From Narcine bancroftii (taxonomy: Eukaryota): a stretch of 63,737 bases of DNA. Where the stretch lies: positions 168,640,264-168,704,000 of the forward strand of contig NC_091472.1 in the NCBI RefSeq assembly GCF_036971445.1, in the 5' to 3' direction. Below the pieces are notes generated by a model. That model was not told the origin of the DNA. It worked only from the letters and a program-made list of their open reading frames with translations, and made no database searches. Each line of letters starts with the position of its first letter. The first letter of the stretch is position 1. The position numbers and the translations under genes are program-made. This document shows positions 11,484 through 24,974 of this stretch, piece by piece.

Positions 11484-14400
11484 CCACCCAGCACAGAATT
11501 GTCGCCAGAAATTAAAACACCAGTTGCGTGTGCCTTAGGAGGATGGCCACGCCGACTGGGCTGGGGGCATTGAATGGGTGCAGTGGGATCCACATGGGAA
11601 GACTTGAGTCTGTCCACACTAAACAGCTGCAAATGTCCAAAGTAAACACAACCCCATCCCTCTTAATCACGTGGAAAGAGCCCTCATATGGTCGTTTTAA
11701 TGGCGCTTCTGCTGTCTGCGTACAAAAACAAAATCAATGTCCAGAAGCTGTGGGGGCACATGTTGTTTAGGGGTTCCATGCCAGCTGGTAGGAACAGGTT
11801 TCCTTCTAGTGATACTGCGTCGAAGTTGCTGAAGGACATCCAGGTCAGAGTTGGTTGCAAAATGAATGTCCCCTGGAACTGTAAGGACCGTACCATAAAC
11901 CATCTCTGCAGATGATGCAGACAAATCTTCCTTTGGGGTCATGCGAACTCCCAGTAGAACCCATGGCAACTCATCGACCCAATTGGGACCGGTGAGTCGG
12001 CCTTAAGCGCGGACTTTAGTTGCCGGTGGAAACGTTCCACAAGCTCATTGGACTGTGGATGGTGCAGGTGTGAGCCACAAAAACACAAAGGCAGAGGTGA
12101 ATTGTGCTCCATGGTCTGAAGTTGTGTGCGTTGGGACACCAAATCTAGTGATCCAATTGACAATGAATGCCCTAGCACGTTTCAGTGTCACTGGATGGCA
12201 ACGGGATGGCCTCTGGCCAGTGCGTGGAACGGTCCACCACTGTTAAAATGTATCGCATGTTTTGAGATACCTGCAATGGCCCGACCAGGTCCACATGCAC
12301 ATGTTCAAACCTCCTGCGTCCCGTTGGAAAGGGCTGAAGAGGTGCCTTAGTGGGCTGCTGAATTTTGGCCGTCTGGCAGGAGGCACATATATGTGCTCAT
12401 TGAGCGATGACTTTTCTTAGTCTATGCCATACGTATTTATTTGACATGAGCTTGACTGATGTTCTGATGGACGGATGAGACAAGCCGTGTATCTGGTCAA
12501 AAAGGCGTCACCTCCATGATGCCAGAATCAACGGTCTAGGGTAGCTCAAAGACATCACAAAGAAGGGTTGGGCCGCTCTGCTGTGGTGCCACCCATTGTA
12601 TGTCCAGAATAGTAATGGCCGTATTGTATGCTGAACGTCGGGGTCTATGGCCTGTGCACTAGCCAATTCAGGAATATCAATTCCACCCTGAATATGATAT
12701 ACAGTCGGTCTGGACAGCATATCTGCGACAAGATTGTCTTTCCCTGAAACATGGCGCACGTCCATCATGAATTCTGAAACGTATGATAAGTGACGCTGCT
12801 GTCTTGCCCTCCATGGATCCATTATTTTGCTGAAGGGAAAAATGAGTGGCTTATGATCCGTAAACCCAGTGAAATGGTGACCTTCCAAAATATTTTGGAA
12901 GTGCTGTGTGGCTAGATACAGTTGCCGATCAAATGTACTCTATTTCACTTCCGCTGGCCTTAAATGCCTGCTGAAGAAAGCAAGGGGTTGATAATGGCCA
13001 TTGACCTACTGTTCGAGAACTGCACCCACGGCCATACACGAGGCGCCAGTGCTAAGTCCCAAAGTAGCCTCAGGGTTGGGATGGGTGAACATTGCTGCTT
13101 TGGCCAATGCCTCTTAGGCAGTCATAAATACAACCTCCGCCTCTGATGTCCAGGTAACGTCCCTGTGCTTGGTGGAGACGATTTGGAACAGTGGTTGTAG
13201 AATGTCAGCAGCTGCAGGAATAAACCTGCAGAAGTTTATCATGCCCAGAAATTTCTGCCGTTCCTTAACCGTGGTAGGTTTGGAAAAATCATGGACTGCG
13301 TCTACCTTGCTGGATAAGGGAAATATACCGTCGGCCGTGACCTTGGGTCCTAGGAAGTTGATGGTGGATCTATCAAATTGACATTTGCCAGGGTTGATGG
13401 TAAGACCAAATTCCTCTAGCCGTTGGAAAAGGCAGTGCAAATGCAGGTGGTGATCTTGCTCAGTTTGACTGGCTACGAGGATGTCATCCAAGTAAATGTA
13501 TGCAAACTCCAAATCCCTGCCTAAAGCGTCCATCAGCCGCTAGAAGGTTTGAGCAGTGTTTTTCAAGCCAAACGGCATCCTGAGGAATTCAAAAAGCCCA
13601 AAAGGGGTAATAATTGCTGTTTTAAGAATTTCATCCTGATGGATAGATATCTGATGATATCCCTTGACCAGATCAACCTTGGAAAAAATGTGGCAATGGT
13701 GTAGATGGGCAATGAAATGAAATCCTGTATATGGAAGAATTGGGTACCTGTCAGGTGTAGTAACATCATTAAGCCTACGGTAATTGCCGCAGGGTCTCCA
13801 TCCACCTGTATTCTTTGGTACCATGTGTAATGGTGATGCCCAAGGACTGTTGGAGCATCAAATGATACCCAACTCCTCCATTGCCATAAACTCCGCCTTT
13901 GCCTGCAACAGTTTATCAGGTGGAAGACAAGGAGGAGCTCTGGCATGAATAGGTGGTCCTGAAGTGTCCATGTAATGAGACACACCATGGGCTGTTTTTG
14001 AGGCATTGAAATTAGGAGTGAGAATACAGGGAAATTCATTGAGCAGGGTAGCATAGGCATTCTTGTGCAGCATATGTACCCCGAGTGGGTATGTCTGAAA
14101 AGTGGTGGCATGAACCAATTTCTTCCATTTCACATCCACCAAGAAGTCATGGGATCGCAAAAAATCCACACCCAAAATTGGCTGAGCAACAGAAGCTAAG
14201 ACACAATTCCAATGGAATGTGGTCCCACCTATTCCAATTGTGATCCATCGTGTGCCAAAGCTGGGAATGGTAGTTCCATTTTCCGCTCGGAGAGCCAGGT
14301 GTTGTTGTTTATGCATCCTTTCAAAATAGGTTGGCGGGTGTAAACTCAGCTGTGTCTACTAGAAACTTGCGCTTAACTGTCATCTTGAAGATACAATAAG

Positions 14401-15150
14401 CCAGCTGCCGAGGCCACTACTGGCAGCCGGCTCTTTTCGTTTCCTGCCTTTTTCCTGTAATAGGTTCATGGCTGGACACATTTATGGGCATTTTTTCCCC
14501 AACGGTGGTGCTAAAAACACTAATCTCTATGCACGTCACCACGTTCCTCCTTCTTTGATTGAGCTGCAGATACAGGAGGCTCGTTGGATGTGGTAGATGT
14601 ATCTGCTGCCAAAACAGGCTGTATTTGAGCAGACTCTTGTGTAGGAGTATGATAGAGCCTGCCAGCGACACGTGCTATATCATGGGGATGGCGGAAATCC
14701 ATGTTAGCGATGGGTATGGTGACACGAACTGGGACCTTTGATAGGAATAGGGTTTCAAAGAGCAGGCAATGAGAATGATCACCCGGCAATGCAAGCATTT
14801 CATTCATTAGGTCTGATGGATTCCTTTCATCCAGGCCTTCCATATTCAAAAGCTGCATGCCACGCTCAAGCCTTGTCAATTCCAGTGTATCCAGCAGAAA
14901 CTGGTGGAACCTGGTGTACTGGTTTTCCGCTGGAGGATTGGCAATAAATTAGCTCACTCAAGATGGGGTAGTGGCGTCCAACGCACCTACAACATGCCAG
15001 AACCTTGTGTCCTCCACCATTATGCCCCAAAGATGAAACTGGGTTTCAGCCTGAATAAGCCAAACCTGAGGCTGATGGGTCCAGAAAGGAGGCAAGTGAA
15101 GTCCAACTGCATTAACTGCTGCGGCTGGTGTAGCTGCGTCCATTATTACT
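11484..15150 (-). pseudogene. Disrupted gag-pol of the Gypsy element
   Basis: Track ORFs 14958..15233, 14520..14879, 13858..14316, 13540..13824, 13114..13533, 12508..12888, 11939..12178 and 11697..11969 are successive frameshifted pieces. Confidence 0.9.
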
Positions 15151-15179
15151 GTAGACTCAGGCTTCAGTTGAACCTTGCA

Positions 15180-15192
15180 GTCGGGGTCACCA
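15180..15192 (-). other. Primer-binding site complementary to the tRNA-Trp 3' end
   Basis: Minus strand TGGTGACCCCGAC begins 2 nt inside the 5' LTR boundary; vertebrate tRNA-Trp ends ...GUCGGGGUCACCA. Confidence 0.8.
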
Positions 15193-15194
15193 AT

Positions 15195-15587
15195 TGTAGC
15201 GGCTACTACTGTAGAGATACTGAAGTAATACAAAAATCACACGCCAGATTAGTCAATTCAAGACTGATTTATTCAGGGTTTACAGGCTTCTTTTATATAT
15301 TGCATGTCCTGGACTCCATGGGACAAGGTGGGATATCACTATGAGATTGCGGCCGATCCATGGGACCGGGAGGTTTAAATTTAGCCTTGTAAGTGTCCCA
15401 CACCTTCCGGCTCAACGTCTCAACAGCTCAATGTGCCATTCCTCGGCACTCGGTATCTCTCACATGCAGTCCATTAGGTAAGTGTGCAGACGTCCGTGTT
15501 ATGGTTCCGCATGCTCGCAGAACCATGCCGGCGACAGTTCGCGTTGCTGCGCTGTGTGCCCACTCGGCCCGCTACACGGCTGCTACA
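15195..15587 (-). repeat. Gypsy 5' LTR
   Basis: TGTAGC...GCTACA termini; adjacent to the primer-binding site. Confidence 0.9.
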
Positions 15588-16034
15588 ATATCTTCTTTAG
15601 TTTGTGTAACTATCAATACAATCTTATCGTCCTTTTTGTTTATATAAGTTTGTTAATAAAATCAATAAAAGTATTTTAAAAAGAATAAAAGACAGATATG
15701 CCCAGTAATTGTAATGGTTCTGGAGCTGTTGGGGAGCTCGTTGATGATCTGAGTGAAAATCCTGGAGCCCTGGTATATGGCAGGGAATTTTAATTCATGC
15801 ACCTTCCTACTCATTACCACAGCACATGGTTGGAATGGGGCAGATTAGTTGTGGGTTTTATTCATGGAGATAATGATGAAGCCAAACAAATGCCTCTTGC
15901 CCAAACAACAACTGCTTGATGGTCGTGTCTGACAGTCAAAGTCACAGTGGGATCAAATGGGCTAAGATAAAAATGGGGAAATAAGATTAACAAGTGGGGT
16001 GGGGTTGTGAACTGTCCAATCTTGAGGGGACAGA

Positions 16035-16975
16035 GTGTCATCTAGCCAAGTTTGCAGATGATACTAAATTGAGTGGAAAAGCAAATTGTACAGTGGTTGT
16101 GGAGAGGCTGCAGAAAGACATAGTTAAGTTAGGTGAGTGGGCAAAGGTCTGGCAGATGGAGGACAATGTTAGTAAATGCGAGGTCATCCACTTTGGCAGG
16201 AAAAATAAAAGAGCAGCTTATTATTTGAATGGTGAAAGACTGCAACATGCCGTCATTGCAGAAGGACTTGGGAGTGCTTGTGCATGAATTGCAAAAAGTT
16301 GGGTTGCAGGTACAACAGGTTATTAAGAAGGCAAATGGAATATTGGTCTTCATTGCTAGAGGAATTGAATTCAAGAGCAAGGAGGTTATGCTGCAACTGA
16401 ACAAGGTACTGGTGAGGCCACACCTGGAGTACTGTGTGCAGTTCTGGTTGCCATATTTGAGGAAGGATCTACTGGCCTTGGAGGCAGTCCAGAGGAGGTT
16501 CACCAGGTTGATCCCAAAGATGAGGGGGTTGACTTACAAGGGAAGACTAAATCAGCTGGTATTATACTCAATCGAATTCAGAAGAATGAGAGGAGATCTG
16601 AGAGAAATGTAAAATTATGGAAGGGATAGATAAGGTAGAGGCAGGAGAATTGTTTTCACTGGTAGGTGAGACCAGATCTAGGGGACAAGGCCTTAAGATT
16701 CAGGAGAGTGGATTCAAAATGGAGACAGATTCAGTGCACTCCAGAGAGTACTGAATCTGTGGAATTCTCTACCCAGGAAAGAGTTTGAGGCTACTTCATT
16801 AAACATATTTAAGGTTCAGTGAAAAAGATTTTTATATAAAAAATGAATCAAAAGATATGGGAAAAAGGTGGGCAGGTGGAGTTGAGTCAATGATCAGATC
16901 AGCCAGGATCTTATTGAATGGTGGAGCAGGCTCCATGGGCCTGATGGCCTACACCTGCTCCTATTTCTTATGTTC
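16035..16975 (+). mobile_element. CR1 LINE 3' fragment
   Basis: LAKFADDTKL, KCEVIHFG, LVRPHLEYCVQFW, LEAVQRRFTRLIP; ends in the CR1-type tail CTCCTATTTCTTATGTTCT. Confidence 0.9.
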
Positions 16976-17019
16976 TAATGACCAAGACACCAAATTGAAT
17001 ATTTGGCATCCTTCTGAAA

Positions 17020-17590
17020 CTAGGAATCAGAATTTATGGTCATGAATTGTTTGTGGCAGCTTCATAGTGGAAACATTCAAAGAAACCTCCTTGCAACAAT
17101 AAATAAAAAGAGTGTTTGAAAAGTCCAAGTAAGGCAGTGTCTGGTTTATTAATCCTTCAAGAATCTGGCAGCGGGGAAAAAACTGCCCTTGTGCCCCTGA
17201 GTGTTCATCTTTAGGCTCCTATACCTATTTCCCCGATGGTAGCAGAGTGAAGAGTACATGGCCTGAGGATGGAGACTGCTTTCTTAAGGCTCCATTTCTT
17301 GTCGATGTCCTCGATGGAATGAAGACTGGTGCCTGTGATGTCGCAGACCAAGTTAATAGCCCTCTGGAGTTTATTCTCACCCTGAGCGATGGCACTTCCA
17401 TACCAGACAGCCATGCAACCAACCAGAATCCTCTCTGCAGTACAACTTTTTGAATGTCTGCGATGACATACCAAATCTCTTCAAAAACCTCACAAAGTCT
17501 AGCCGCTGGTGAGCCTGCTTCATGATTGCATCGACATGGAGGTGCCAGGACAGATCCTCAGAGATGGCGACACCCAGGAACTTGAAGTTT
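17020..17590 (-). mobile_element. Rex1/RTE-like LINE 3' fragment
   Basis: FKFLGVAISEDLSW...KQAHQRL and GHVLFTLLPSGK motifs. Confidence 0.8.
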
Positions 17591-19214
17591 GGAAGTAAGA
17601 TAAAGCAAAGTGAAGGTACTGTCAGTCTAGAGTAATGGTATTCCATGGTTCTGGTTTGGGAGTTTTGAAACACTACCCTCTATGAGTTGCAGTCCTATCA
17701 GGGGATTCCAATTCCATGAAAGGACTGATAAGCAAAATATATTTTCATTTATGCTGATTGTATGTTCTGGATCAGAATTTTCTATATTCTACTGTTTGAT
17801 TACAACTCAAAAACACTTATGCCTTTGTTGTTCTAAACATACCAGGAAATGTAAAAGAGCAGCCCCGAAATGAGCGGCGAAGGGAAACAACCTCTCCATT
17901 TGTAGATGTAGAGCAATTTCTCAACAATTTGTGATGCAGAGAGCTTAACTTAAATTTCTTCCGATGAAATTCAACACACAATCATAAAATGCCTGTATTG
18001 CTATTGGTTGTGTACATAATTGACAACAAAATTAATAACTTTAATGGCAACATTATTGGATATAATTACAGCTATAAATTGAAGTTAAAAGTGTATCATT
18101 TATCACTTCATTGCTGCTTCAGGTGAAGTGCCAGGATCTTGATAGTTGTGTTCATTTCAGTATCTCATATCGTTCTCAAATTATACTGATCCGTTGTGAT
18201 TTTCCATCATGGTTGCAGCCACAATTAGGGGTAATTTCTCCATTGTTTCCAACGGTTTCCAGTGAAGTATCTGCAACTCTTAAGGCCTCATGGGCTCACA
18301 TGCTCTTCACCATTTTCCCCATCTTGAGGCCAATGACAACATGTCAACAAAACAAGCTGAAAGTTAAGGTTGATTTCCTGCTTTTTTCCTTGGAAGTCGA
18401 AAGGACATGTCACTTTTGGCACCAAACTTGATTGCGGGTAGACATTTTGAAGCCTCTTTTTGGTGAATGTATTGTTCAGAAAAAATGAGAGCCGGAATGG
18501 CAGACAAATGTGAAACACTTCATTCTCCTTATTGGCTGCACACATTAGCACAAAACCATAATTATCTGACATTTCAAGCTAAAAAATCAACTATGCTACA
18601 CAGATCAGAACTCGTTTAAGATGAACAAAGTGATGGAATATTTTTAAGAATCCTGTATTATTTTATCAGCCTATATTCTCCCACTTCCCTACCTCCTACC
18701 TGAATGAGTATAGGTCTGTTCGTTTTATAGATTAATGCTGCTTCTCAACTGGGAGAGTAAAAGGAGGAAATTATCCAACAGAAATTCAGAAACTTTTGGA
18801 AATACTAAGTCAGTGAACTCTGTTAACTGCAAAAGGGGAATAAAAATGTATAGTGTATAGAAACAACAAAGTTCACAGGTGCTCACTGATGAAATTGTTG
18901 AAGGGAAAAGAACACCAAAAATCAGCAGGAAAAAGATGAGCAGGAGAAAATTTGAAAAAAAAAGGTTTAATACTCCTTAGTTTGTACTGGACGACCATGC
19001 AATTTCACATGAAAAGGAAGATGAAACCACACACATTACTATTTAAAGTACAATAACAACAGTCTATCATCTTTTCACTAACCAATCACATTTGTATTAC
19101 GATTCCAGTCAAGTCAAACTTTAAGCATTTCTCAAAGAGATTTGGAGATGAATATGAAATTTTGAAATATGACAATGACATAAAATTGTGGTATACAAAA
19201 TAAAGGAAGGGCAG

Positions 19215-19530
19215 GTCCTCTTGGAAAAACTTTGTGGAGTTCTCTGAGGATGTAACGAGCACCATGGATGGAGTATTTGAATTTTCAGAAGGCATTCAAA
19301 AGGGGCTGCATAATAGACTAATCCATGAGATAAGGATGCATTGAGTGAGGGTATGGATGGAGGATTGGCTAATTGACAGAGGGCAGAATTGGGATACACA
19401 TATATTTCTCTTGCAAAGTAGGGGAAATTAAGGGTTATGGCAAAGGCAGGTAGGTGGAGTTGAGTCCATGGCCAGATCAGTCATGATCTAATTAAATGGT
19501 GGGCCAGACTTGTTGGGTGAGATGGTCTTC
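19215..19530 (+). mobile_element. Short CR1 fragments
   Basis: Degenerate RT segment (GRSSW.NFVEFSEDVT..MD) followed by a CR1 3' UTR similar to 16860-16960. Confidence 0.55.
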
Positions 19531-21799
19531 TCCTAGACTTTCAAAGAGTAAATCCAGAACAAATGTGCTTTTCTGCTTTTTTATATGTACTTCATGGAAG
19601 AAACCTACTCAGTGTTTAAATTATTGTAAGTACTGGCACACAAATTATGGTAATGTGAGATCTTCCTGGTTCAGGTAAAAAAAATGGATCAAAAGAGTGA
19701 ACAAAACAGTTAAGATTAAAATAACCTCTCAGTATTGATGAAATTGAGATGCAAGTATCTGATTGTAATTGCCTTGCATTTTTCATTGGTATCTGACTCA
19801 CTTCTTGACACACAAAAGCCTTTCTGCCATTTCTAAGGTGCAAATCAGAAGGGTGATGAAATATTCTTCATTTGCTCAGATGTCCCGCAGCTCTCAAGAA
19901 GTACCCTTCCATCCAGTACTGTTCCGCATCCAAATGCTTATTTCCTCCGCCTGCAGTGTGTATCATTCAAATGCAGTGCAGTTACTCTCCAAATTCAAGT
20001 CCGTGCCCATAACAACCTCCATCAATTGGTCTGCGCAGTCCTTCAATACCCGACCAGGGGTGTAGACTCATCAGGTACTGCAGTAGTTCTTGCCAAACCT
20101 CTGCTCTCTGTTACCCGGAAGGGCAAGGACAGCGGATGTTTGGGAACACCACCACCTGAAGGTCACCTCCATATTTACACACTGTCCTGATCTGGAACTC
20201 TATCACTAGTACATTGTGGCTGCATTTGATCATGAAAATTGTTTTCCAATGGCACTGGGAGTAGCTTCAGCTGTGGTTCAAGAAGACAACAAGGCAATTA
20301 TGCTAGTGATATGCAGATCTTAAGAAACCAATTGGAGAAGCAAAAGATTTGGGTGGAACTGAACTCTAACTCTGATCTTCATCCCTGACAATTTGACATT
20401 TTGGATCAGAAATGTTCCTATTATTGGGTACTGTGTGTAATTATAAAAAGTCGTGTCCCAGATGGTCTCATCCAGGGCTGCATATCCTGATGCTGCTACT
20501 GGAAGCGTGTATGCTGACCCTCTACTTAGTGCCAGTGATTTGAGTTAAGTGCTCAGTCCTGAAGTTTAATAGCCTTCAGGCTGTTTAAACTGTGGTTTAA
20601 AAAAAGATTTGCATTACTGTGCCAGGATTCTGGCAGCAAACAAATAGTGACCTCACCATTGCATACCTTGGGGAGGGAAGGATCATTGTGCAGAGGCTGG
20701 TGTTTAGGAGGGCTGACAAGAGAGCACCAACCACCCAGTGAACTGAGACTTTTGCCTTTTATTGAGTTTAATTTATTTTATTCACCTACTTACCCAGAGT
20801 TGTCAGAATGTCAAACCTGCATAACTGGCAAACAGGATTAGCCACAGGGGAACCCAGTTGTCCTTTCATCACATGAAGTAGTGAGTGAAAAATGGAAAGT
20901 TGTGCTGGAACTGCTTAACCAGGCATCCAGCAATTGTAAAGGGAGATGTGTGTCATTTTTTAATTCTTGGGTCAGGTAAGAGAAGACAATAACTTGGTGG
21001 CTTGATGGGCTTGTTTGTTATAAATCCCATGCAATTCTCTGTAATACAGCACTGTTGTAGTTTATCCCATCAGCTTAATATGTACAGCTGGTGTATCTCC
21101 AGTGGGGTGCATTTGAAATCAAACGACCATGTATAGATATTCATAAGATCACCTACAGAGTCAACTTTTAAAAGATTGACATTTTAAGATCATGCTTCAT
21201 TTATGAATGGCTATTGTTCTCAAAATATCTGCAATATTTGATAATTGCTGTTCAGTCTTTCTACTGGCCTTTTGATTCATTAGCTTCTCTGATAAATAAA
21301 GGTATCAAATTATGATGCACTCCCATTACCAATTAATGAATTATCAAAAAGGGAAACGATTACATATTCATTGCCAAAGACCAAAGCTTGGTCACAGTCA
21401 GGAATCCCAGTACAAAGATATATTGCACCATTCTGTCATGCAATTTCCTTCCTTTTTTTTCTCTTGAAAATCATTGAATATTTAACCTTTTACTTGAAAT
21501 GACAAAGTGATCTCTACCCATGAGTACCAAGAGCTGATTGAGGAAATTATCCACTTTCTGGACACTCCTGGTATCCTTTCTCAAACATAATTTGAACCAA
21601 TCTTTATTTCTAGGTTTGGAATTTTAATCTAGGTCAAATGTTTCTGCACAGTTGTTCCCAGAATCCATTTTGCTTGTAAATAGTGGCTTACATTTGGAAA
21701 TGGGGGTCATGACTCCTGTAAGGTAGAGGGGTACAGGTTAGCAGCAGAAGTTGTCTCCTTAGGGGCTTTATTTATGTTGACCAAAACCCTCAAAAGTCA

Positions 21800-22305
21800 A
21801 AAAGCTTTGAGCTTACTTGGTGAAGACGGTACTTGGTGAAGAAAAGATACACACTTTTTTTTTGGCCAAGGCCCATCTTTTGGTATCCAGAGCTGATAAT
21901 AGCATCCAATATCCATCTTGAACTGAGCGAACGCTCCTGGAGGTGTAAACTGGCCCCTTAATGGCTCCTTACTCTTCAGTTTCCACCACTTTGTCACTTT
22001 TATGCCCCACTGTACCAACCTTTCCCTCCCAACTCCACCCTCCCTCCCCCTGCCCTATCTGGGTCTTTCTGCCCATCATCCTTCATCCCTCCTCAGTCTA
22101 CCAATCACCTACCCACCCCTTTGTCACCTCTACCCCTCTCCTCTTTATTACTGGCCAACTTCCATATCAGTCCTGGTGTAGGGTCTCTACCTGAATCATC
22201 GGCAATTCCTTTCCCTCCACAGATGCTGCTTGTCTTGCTGAGTGATCCACCAGTTTGTTTTTTTGCTTCCGATTCCTATATCTGCAGTCACTTGTGACCT
22301 CCCAT
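21800..22305 (+). mobile_element. Decayed Penelope-type fragment with terminal repeat
   Basis: Pyrimidine-rich tract followed by CCTGGTGTAGGGTCTCTACCTGAA...CCACAGATGCTGCTTGTCTTGCTGAG. Confidence 0.5.
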
Positions 22306-23462
22306 TGAATATCTTTGTCTGCTTGCTTTGAATCTGGGAACTGTGTTATCAGGTGAAAATAAGAGGAAGACAAACCTTTTTTATCAGTGCAAAGGATGAC
22401 ATCACCATCATACTGACCGAGATTATGGTCTATTGAAGAATCATAGACACAAATGAACTGGCATGCCACAGATTATGCCAGAGTTCATGGTTTTTATCGT
22501 GTGTCATAGGCCCAGACAGCTGCTGGCCATTACATGCTTCCCATATTGTTTCACCACTCAATGTGTTGTCCTAACGTTACTTTTCCCTAAGATTCCTTTT
22601 CTGAAAAATACTTGCTTAGGTTTTTGTGCAGTGTTTATCAGGTTTGTGTTCTGATTCATATTCTTCACACCAAATTTATTAGCCAATTTGTTTCTCAGTT
22701 GATGCCCTTCAGTTTTATGATTATAGACTTTGGTGAGCTCCACCCTTGCTTTCTACCTTGATTTATCGTTTGATGACAGTCCAGGGTCCTGGCAGGTCCT
22801 GCACCTTGATCATGAGTTTGTGGAAACACTTGTCAGTTTGACGCAATGAGTAATTCTCTCCAAATCCTCTCACGGAATGTGAAGTGTCTCCTTGGAAATT
22901 GACCCTGCATACATTCCATTCATTCTCTACCTTTTGTTATTATTCACAAAGTGCATGGGATACTCACTCTGAGATTGTCATAAAGTAAGTCCTAATCCTA
23001 ACTCAAAATCATTCTCGATCTTAAAGCACAATCCAAAGGACCATTACATTTAATGCTGCCTCTCCTTCAGCTAGACAGGTATCCCTGGAGCAAGGTGAAA
23101 GGGAGTGGCACCGGACGAGGAAGGTACAGCCAAAGCTGGCCACGAGTGACATCAAATATTGAAGAAAGAGCCCGTTCAAATTCACATCGGAGAAGCCAAG
23201 CCTTGATTAACAAAAGGCAAAACATTGGGTAAAAGGCAAAGAGAGTTAGCTTCAGTTGTATTAAAGCCATTTAGAGATTGTATTCCAAAAAAAATAGAAA
23301 GTAATGAGTATCACACGTTATTACACATACAGATGCTTCAATGTTGAACCCATCTGCAGCTGTTTTTAATGCATACATTCAGCATTAAAAGTGGTTTGCT
23401 CCTGCTCTGAAGGGGCTTGCTCCCTTTTCCTGTTGCAGCTCACCTTATCAGGACGTTGAATC

Positions 23463-23536
23463 GGGGAGTTCCTTATGCAACTCATCCTGATGCAGATTTC
23501 CTTTGCCTGTCACATTTGCTACGGGTAATGACATCA
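23463..23536. promoter_or_regulatory. Candidate NF-kB/C-EBP composite element
   Basis: GGGGAGTTCC 23463-23472 abuts TTATGCAA 23473-23480; TGACATCA at 23529-23536. Confidence 0.35.
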
Positions 23537-24974
23537 TCAATGTGCGTGCTTTCTTTTCATTCTTTTCATTAACTAATGACAACAATTGAACCAAAATGTC
23601 AACACTTCATAAATAACTCAAGATAAAGTGAGTTGCATATGGTGCGAAAGTAGCCAACGATGTGAATTAACATAATTTTTAAATGTGGAAAAGCTATTTC
23701 ACATCAGCTGAGTGGATGGGATGGGTGGTACTTGCTGAGACACAAGCAGCCTGGCCTCAAGATTACGGAGAATGAAATGTATGAAGCTGTTCAAAGAGTG
23801 CATTGAAATAGTTATAGAGGCCCAGAGCATGAAGAGTTTTACAGCACAGAAAAAGGATATTTGGCCCAAAGTGCCTAATTGCTTGTACAATAAAATCCCT
23901 TGTATCTGACACCCATGGGTAATTGCAGATGCCGGATATGCAAATATTTTGGTTGCCTGAGACTCAGTCTCACAATGCCTAACTAAAACACCTGCATTAA
24001 GAATAAACAGTTCAAAAGACAGTGCCAAATGTAAAGTAATTTGGAAAAAAAATCAGAATTGTGCCCCTTATTGAGTTATTGATTTACTTATTAAATTTTT
24101 AAAATGTATTTACTACCCCGATTTTTATTCCTTTGCTGGTTGCCAGTAGCTTGAATTCCAGGTACCGGGGATTTTTACAGTATTTGGATTTGAATATCTT
24201 GTTGCAATGGCCCCTTGTACACTTCTCAGTTTTGTCTCCTCACTCCAATTTGCTAAGGTGCTTTATGGTCACTTATCCACTTCACACCCCAGTGACAATC
24301 TGTGGATGGGAACACATTGTGGATAATGGACAAATGCAAGTTTATGAAGAGCTATGAGTTAGTGTCTGATTACATAATGTGAGAAGCAAAGTATCACTAA
24401 ATGCAGTTTGGCCCACACCAGTATGATGTAAATGATCATGTTAGCATTGCACATGTACTCATGATGGAGCTATTTTATAAGAAAATACATTTCTTATTTT
24501 GTGCTGAATATGAATTACCCAAAATGTAATTAACAGTTCTGGTTTAATGTATTCCAGAACTACATACAACAAACTTAAAATGAAAAAGTTTTGTTACATC
24601 TCCTTCCTGTTAATTGATATCTTACACCTCAAATGTTAAATATGTTTATACTTGGAACTAGCAAACTGGCAGCAGTTCCACTGGAACAGATTGCCGCAAC
24701 ATATTTCTGAGTAAGACCGTGTCAAAATCACTCATAAACCATAGGTTTGTGATTCTCTCAGAATCGCAAATATTCTACATTTTGATCTATGTTTGCAATC
24801 TGATACAAGTTGGTACCATTGATGGGTATGAGCCTCTAAGGAGGAATTTGATTTAAATGGTATATCATAATCCTGGTCATCAGGTTGCTTGGAAACCGTG
24901 TTCAGCGTAAACAGGAAGGCCTGTTCATTCATTCTTCCAGTTATCTAAAACACGAACAGGTTTAAGGGTGTAGA

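Larger units (their letters stand above)
11091..15587 (-). mobile_element. Full-length decayed Ty3/Gypsy LTR retrotransposon
   Basis: Two 393-bp LTRs. Minus strand carries gag (LPPFWTHQPQVWLIQAETQF), protease (FLVDT), RT ([22 protein letters not shown]), RNase H (TDHKPL) and integrase (HPQSNELVERFHRQLK) in Gypsy order, with many stops and frameshifts. Confidence 0.95.

Noticed and set aside
14904-15647. Plus-strand ORFs of 146 aa and 84 aa (and 11289..11573)
   Set aside because: Antisense to Gypsy gag or inside the LTRs; the similarity between them simply reflects the LTR pair.
22640-23270. Possible exons of a second cytokine paralogue on either strand
   Set aside because: Short open frames with no QGxPF, LNP or FxxK motifs and no consistent splice chain.
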